A stretch of 64,000 nt of DNA, from NCBI GenBank assembly GCA_026391215.1, contig JAPLDX010000056.1:64001-128000 (forward strand). The letters are read 5' to 3'. This DNA is from Bacteroidia bacterium. Its GTDB lineage: Bacteria; Bacteroidota; Bacteroidia; Bacteroidales; VadinHA17. The notes under the pieces were generated by a model. That model saw only the letters and a list, made by a program, of their open reading frames with translations. It searched no databases and was not told where the DNA came from. Shown here one piece after another: positions 59,424 to 64,000 of the stretch (within the stretch, counting starts at the first letter, position 1; each line of letters opens with the position of its first letter). Both the position numbers and the translations under genes were made by a program.

Positions 59424-60833
59424 TTGATGAGAAAACTGAAATATATGCAAAAAAGGAATACCGTTCTGATATTGGCAGTTTTTTCAATTCTGATCCTCAT
59501 AACATCCCAGATTATAATAATCAGGGGCGTATGGAAACAGAATGACGAACTGCTTAAATTAAGATACCGGACGCTTTCCCAGGAAGCTGTTGCATCGATG
59601 AGAGGAAGGCCATCTGTTGCTTATGATACGGTTTCCAGGCTTCTTGATGATTACAGCAGCAAGAAAATTAAGGAGCTCAGGGAAATCACGGATTCTGCAA
59701 AGCTTGCAGAAAAGAAAAAAGACATTCTGACATACGTTACAGTTTTATTAAATAAGGAACAGGACTTTTCAGACATACTTTCTTCATATTTTGAGGAAAA
59801 TGGATTTGAAAAGAATTTCAATCATATTATTTCGATAAACAACCTGGAGTTTATTGATGTTGACACATTCCTGATCTACGGGGATCGGTCCTTTGTAAAC
59901 CGTAGGCCCGGCAGCAGGCAAAAGATGCCTTCAGCGCTGAAGGAGACAAAGTCAAGTATCCTGGTAAACAGACAGTGGATTGGTGGTAATAATTATATAA
60001 TGAATTTTGAATACTCCATCGATTTCTCGGATAAAAGGAGAATGATCCTGCAGGAAATTGCCTGGACTCTGACAATGAGCATCTTCAGCATACTAATAGT
60101 AGCGATATTATTTCTTTACACGTACCGCAACCTTATGGAAGAGAAGAGGTTATCCAATCTTAAGACCGACTTCATTAATAATATGACCCACGAGCTGAAA
60201 ACCCCACTTGCAACAATTACAGTAGCAGGCAAAACCCTTGAAATGGAACAGATCAGGGCCGATGATTCAAAGATCCTTGAAACAGCGAAGCTCATCGGAA
60301 AACAGAGCGTTCATCTCAATCAGCTCATCAACATGATCCTTGAAATAAGCATGTGGGAAAGAACTCAGTTCCAGCTCGATAAGAAAAAAGTTGATATTGA
60401 AGAGGTGATGAATGATATTGTAAGCAGCTTCAGCGCAGGCTGCCGTGATTGTGCTTCATTAAGCCAGAAGTACTGCTTCAACGGAGTAAAAGCGGATATC
60501 GATCTTGTATATTTCACCACACTGATAAATAACCTCCTTTCAAATGCAGTGAAATATTCTGATAAAGAACCTGCCATTGATATCGAAGGAAATGCTGAAG
60601 ATAATAACATCTGCATTAAGATCGCCGATAATGGCATCGGTATAAACAGGACTGATCAGAAGCACATATTTGATAAGTTCTACCGCGCCTCTTCAGGTAA
60701 TATACATAAGTATAAAGGACTGGGATTAGGGCTTTATTATGTCAAGAAAATTGCAGTGGCTCACGGCGGAGATGTAACTGTGAGCAGTAAACCGGGAAAA
60801 GGTAGTATATTTACGATAACAATACCTTATTAA
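59424..60833 (+). CDS. Sensor histidine kinase
   Basis: Two TM helices; FINNMTHELKTP H-box; NLLSNAVKY; DNGIG; GLGLGL. The start may be 59445. Confidence 0.93.
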   Translation: MMRKLKYMQKRNTVLILAVFSILILITSQIIIIRGVWKQNDELLKLRYRTLSQEAVASMRGRPSVAYDTVSRLLDDYSSKKIKELREITDSAKLAEKKKDILTYVTVLLNKEQDFSDILSSYFEENGFEKNFNHIISINNLEFIDVDTFLIYGDRSFVNRRPGSRQKMPSALKETKSSILVNRQWIGGNNYIMNFEYSIDFSDKRRMILQEIAWTLTMSIFSILIVAILFLYTYRNLMEEKRLSNLKTDFINNMTHELKTPLATITVAGKTLEMEQIRADDSKILETAKLIGKQSVHLNQLINMILEISMWERTQFQLDKKKVDIEEVMNDIVSSFSAGCRDCASLSQKYCFNGVKADIDLVYFTTLINNLLSNAVKYSDKEPAIDIEGNAEDNNICIKIADNGIGINRTDQKHIFDKFYRASSGNIHKYKGLGLGLYYVKKIAVAHGGDVTVSSKPGKGSIFTITIPY

Positions 60834-60850
60834 AATATTAACAAGGGGTT

Positions 60851-61534
60851 ATGAAAGTATTATTAGCAGAAGACGACAGGGATTTCGGAAATATTTTGTC
60901 GCAATATGTGACCATGAACGGTTTTGATGTAATACTCGCCCGTGATGGCAATGAAGCATGGGAAAAGTTTAACCAGGAAAAACCAGACATTTGTGTGCTT
61001 GATGTAATGATGCCGGAAATGGATGGATTTACTCTCGGGGAAAAGATAAAAAAGGCGCAACCCGGAGTACCAGTAATTTTCCTGACAGCTAAAAGTCTGA
61101 AGGAAGATATTGTCAGGGGACTAAAGATAGGGGCTGATGATTATATTACAAAACCCTTTGATCCGGAAGTGCTGATACTCAGGATCAACAATATTCTAAA
61201 ACGGACTTATTCATCAACAAATGATGAATATAAAATTTCAAATACCGTTCTTAAATTCAATACTCTTGAGCTTATCTGCGGTAATACAAAGGAAAAGCTC
61301 ACCCTTAAGGAAGCCCTGCTTCTGAAGTATTTCATAATCAACAAGAATAAAATTCTTGCAAGAGAAGATATCCTGACAGAAATCTGGGGGGAAGATGATT
61401 ATTTCCTTGGCAGAAGCATGGACGTATTTATCAGCAGGCTAAGAAAATACATTTCTGAAGATAAAAACCTGGATATCAGGACTGTCAGGGGGACGGGTTT
61501 TATGCTCGAAGAGCTGAACAAGGAAGAAATATAA
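60851..61534 (+). CDS. OmpR-family response regulator (RprY-like)
   Basis: LAEDD, LDVMMP, FLTAK, DDYITKPF, RSMDVFISRLRK, VRGTGF. Confidence 0.94.
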   Translation: MKVLLAEDDRDFGNILSQYVTMNGFDVILARDGNEAWEKFNQEKPDICVLDVMMPEMDGFTLGEKIKKAQPGVPVIFLTAKSLKEDIVRGLKIGADDYITKPFDPEVLILRINNILKRTYSSTNDEYKISNTVLKFNTLELICGNTKEKLTLKEALLLKYFIINKNKILAREDILTEIWGEDDYFLGRSMDVFISRLRKYISEDKNLDIRTVRGTGFMLEELNKEEI

Positions 61535-61553
61535 AACACATTAAGGTTTCATA

Positions 61554-61668
61554 TACTCACCCCCCAACCCCCTCTCTGCTAAAGCAAAGAGGGGGAGCTA
61601 AATAGCTGTATATAAATAAGTTGTCCCCCTCCTTGCTTCAGCAGGGAGGGGGACAAAGGGGGTGGGTA
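61554..61668. repeat. REPIN-like doublet: two inverted hairpin units between convergent genes
   Basis: Termini tactcaccccc / gggggtgggta; hairpins ccccctctctgct-aa-agcaaagaggggg and gtccccctccttgct-tc-agcagggagggggac. Confidence 0.85.
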
Positions 61669-61681
61669 CCTGTGAAAAAAA

Positions 61682-62779
61682 TTATTTACCTAAGATCTCT
61701 TTTACCTTATTATACAGGTCTTCTCCCCTCAGGTTCCTGGCAATAATGGTTCCGTTCTCATCGAGAAGAAAATTTGCAGGTATTGCATTTACTGCATATA
61801 GTTTTGCAGCAGCATTGTTCCAATACTGAAGGTCGGAAACATGTGTCCACGTCAGTTTATCATCAGCGATAGCCTTTAACCAGGCTTCTTTTTCCCTGTC
61901 GAGTGATACTCCGAAAACATAAAATCCTTTTTTGCTGAACTCCTTGTACACTTTTACCACATTAGGGTTCTCCTGACGGCAAGGATTGCACCATGCAGCC
62001 CAGAAATCAACAAGAAGAAGCTTTGCACCTACTTTTGAATAAAGGGCAACGGGATTACCATCAACATCATTTAGCGTAAAATCGGGAGCTTTTTGTCCTA
62101 CTGCCACTGCCTTCATAACCTGAGCTCTTGCCAGAAGGTCTTTTGCCACAGGGGTTTTAGCAACATTGGTATCCATGGCACTGATGGCTTCTTCAATTTC
62201 AACAGCTTCCATATCATAGCTCAGACTCTTCAAAATTGAAGGTGATACATATGATGAGGGATTATTTTTTACAAAATCTTTTTCCAGCTGTGTCATCTCA
62301 TTCTGGATTACCTCTGCTTCTTTTTCAAGCCGGGCTACCTCTTCTGTGTTATTTGCCTGAGTGGCAGACTGGTATTCGGTATAAAGGTTTGAGTATTTTT
62401 CGTTTAAAGGCTTATTGGATTCAATGAAGGCCTGGTATTCATCCTGGGTTTTTGATCCGCTGACTTTTGCATAGCTCAGTGAATCCAGCTTCCCTGAAAT
62501 TGCAATATCTGTGTTCTCAAGATAAAAGGAAAGCCTTTCCCGGCTGCTGGCTGCAACAAGATATACCATTTCCGGGAACTCAACTGCACCCGTCATTTTA
62601 AAGATCCCTTTTTTGGAGATTGCCGAATCAAGGTTTATAAAAGCGCCGGCTTCTCTTTTCTGAAGAAAAAAGTTCACACTATCGGAATCCTGAATGTTCC
62701 CAGTTACAACAAATTTTGGTTCTGAACTGCAGCCATTTATTATGAGCACTGCGAAAACCAGGTAAATGATCTTTTTCAT
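61682..62779 (-). CDS. TlpA/AhpC-TSA family thiol-disulfide oxidoreductase lipoprotein (DUF4369 N-terminus)
   Basis: Lipobox INGC; APDFTL; DFWAAWCNPCRQENP; IPANFLLD. Confidence 0.9.
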   Translation of the reverse strand: MKKIIYLVFAVLIINGCSSEPKFVVTGNIQDSDSVNFFLQKREAGAFINLDSAISKKGIFKMTGAVEFPEMVYLVAASSRERLSFYLENTDIAISGKLDSLSYAKVSGSKTQDEYQAFIESNKPLNEKYSNLYTEYQSATQANNTEEVARLEKEAEVIQNEMTQLEKDFVKNNPSSYVSPSILKSLSYDMEAVEIEEAISAMDTNVAKTPVAKDLLARAQVMKAVAVGQKAPDFTLNDVDGNPVALYSKVGAKLLLVDFWAAWCNPCRQENPNVVKVYKEFSKKGFYVFGVSLDREKEAWLKAIADDKLTWTHVSDLQYWNNAAAKLYAVNAIPANFLLDENGTIIARNLRGEDLYNKVKEILGK

Positions 62780-62855
62780 ATTAAATAGTTTTAATTATTT
62801 CTCAGATATATAATTTTTCAAATCGCGCAAAGGTATCAATTATCATAAATCCAAA

Positions 62856-63944
62856 TCACCTTTTAAGGTATTTTTCAATTAAATAAAGAGCAGCCCTGTA
62901 TGATGTAATTTTACCCTTACGCAGCATATTCTCCAGACGTGGCTTGATTATTTTTACATCCTCATTATTATAAAATGAATTATTCAGGTATTCGAGTATT
63001 GTATCGTGCATTATTATAACAGCCTGATGCTTCCTGCGTTCATCCCAGTAACCGCTACTCTTTGTAAAAGCGGCATATTCCATTATATTATTCCACAGTT
63101 CTTCTATTCCGGCATTTTCTATTGCAGAACATGTCATTACCTTCGGTTTCCATCCTGAGGGGGGTATAGGATACATTTGGAGAGCATTCTGAAATGAGAT
63201 CCTGGCTCCTTCCGCAGCAACCCGGTTAAGCCTGTCAGCCTTGGTAATTGCTATTTCATCAGCCATTTCTATAATGCCGCGTTTTATCCCCTGGAGCTCA
63301 TCTCCAGCACCGGCAACCATCAATAAGAGGAAAAAGTCGACCATAGAATGGACAGAAGTTTCGGATTGCCCCACTCCCACAGTTTCCACGATGACAGTAT
63401 CAAAACCAGCTGCCTCGCATAATATAATTGTCTCTCTTGTCTTCCTTGCCACTCCGCCGAGCGTACCAGCTGAAGGTGAAGGCCTTATGAAGGCATTGGG
63501 ATGTGTGCTGAGCTTTTCCATTCTTGTCTTATCACCAAGGATGCTCCCTTTTGTCTTTTCGCTGCTTGGATCAATTGCCAGAACAGCAAGCTTATGTCCC
63601 TGCCCGGTGACATATAATCCGAAAGATTCAATGAATGTGCTTTTACCTGCTCCCGGAATCCCTGTTATTCCGATTCTAATTGAATTACCGCTGTATGGAA
63701 GGCATTTTTCTATGATAGCCTGTATGGTATTGTAGTGCTTTGGCAACAAGCTCTCTGTTAGGGTGATCGCCCTGCTAAGGATAGTTCTGTTTCCAGACAG
63801 GATGCCCGATACGTATTCATCAACCGAATATTTTTTTCTTCCCTTCTTTCCTTTTCCTTTCAGAACATCAGGATTAATGCTGGGAGGCTGCTCTATGCCC
63901 TTCTGAACCTTCAGCGCACTGTCATATTTTAATTTTTCTTCCAT
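62856..63944 (-). CDS. meaB: Methylmalonyl-CoA mutase-associated GTPase MeaB (ArgK family)
   Basis: GITGIPGAGKST, AIDPSS, GSILGDKTRM, ETVGVGQSE, GDELQGIKRG; start moved to MEEKLK. Confidence 0.93.
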   Translation of the reverse strand: MEEKLKYDSALKVQKGIEQPPSINPDVLKGKGKKGRKKYSVDEYVSGILSGNRTILSRAITLTESLLPKHYNTIQAIIEKCLPYSGNSIRIGITGIPGAGKSTFIESFGLYVTGQGHKLAVLAIDPSSEKTKGSILGDKTRMEKLSTHPNAFIRPSPSAGTLGGVARKTRETIILCEAAGFDTVIVETVGVGQSETSVHSMVDFFLLLMVAGAGDELQGIKRGIIEMADEIAITKADRLNRVAAEGARISFQNALQMYPIPPSGWKPKVMTCSAIENAGIEELWNNIMEYAAFTKSSGYWDERRKHQAVIIMHDTILEYLNNSFYNNEDVKIIKPRLENMLRKGKITSYRAALYLIEKYLKR

Positions 63945-64000
63945 TCGTGGAACTAATAACTCACAAAAATAATAAAAGGGCGCCATATTATTGATTGACA

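Overview
Chromosomal window from a Bacteroidota organism, probably Bacteroidales. The evidence is TAnnTTTG-type promoters, a GWxTD-rlmB operon, an rSAM/lipoprotein pair and an ECF/beta-barrel anti-sigma pair. The ORF track misses the largest feature: a secreted minus-strand protein of at least 3,948 aa (start 11844, running off the left edge). It is built from seven FG-GAP/VCBS propeller modules, each followed by an FN3-like domain and, in modules 1-6, an Ig-like domain. It lies directly downstream of two tandem, signal-peptide-bearing caspase-family (C14) proteases with Ig-like repeats and a duplicated promoter; tRNA-Ser(GCT) lies upstream of the pair. The middle and right contain mostly housekeeping genes (rlmD, ABC-F, rlmB, transaldolase, bcp, recA, miaA, smpB, LOG, uvrA, lpdA, znuABC-like, a two-component pair, meaB). 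These are interrupted by an AT-rich block of co-oriented lipoprotein genes ending in a radical SAM/SPASM gene (34.7-41.5 kb), and by a DUF559 endonuclease gene bracketed by three copies of a double-hairpin repeat whose relatives recur elsewhere in the window. The best candidates for an undescribed system are the secreted-caspase/giant-propeller locus and the DUF559-plus-palindromic-repeat element. All family calls come from motif recognition by eye; no searches were run.
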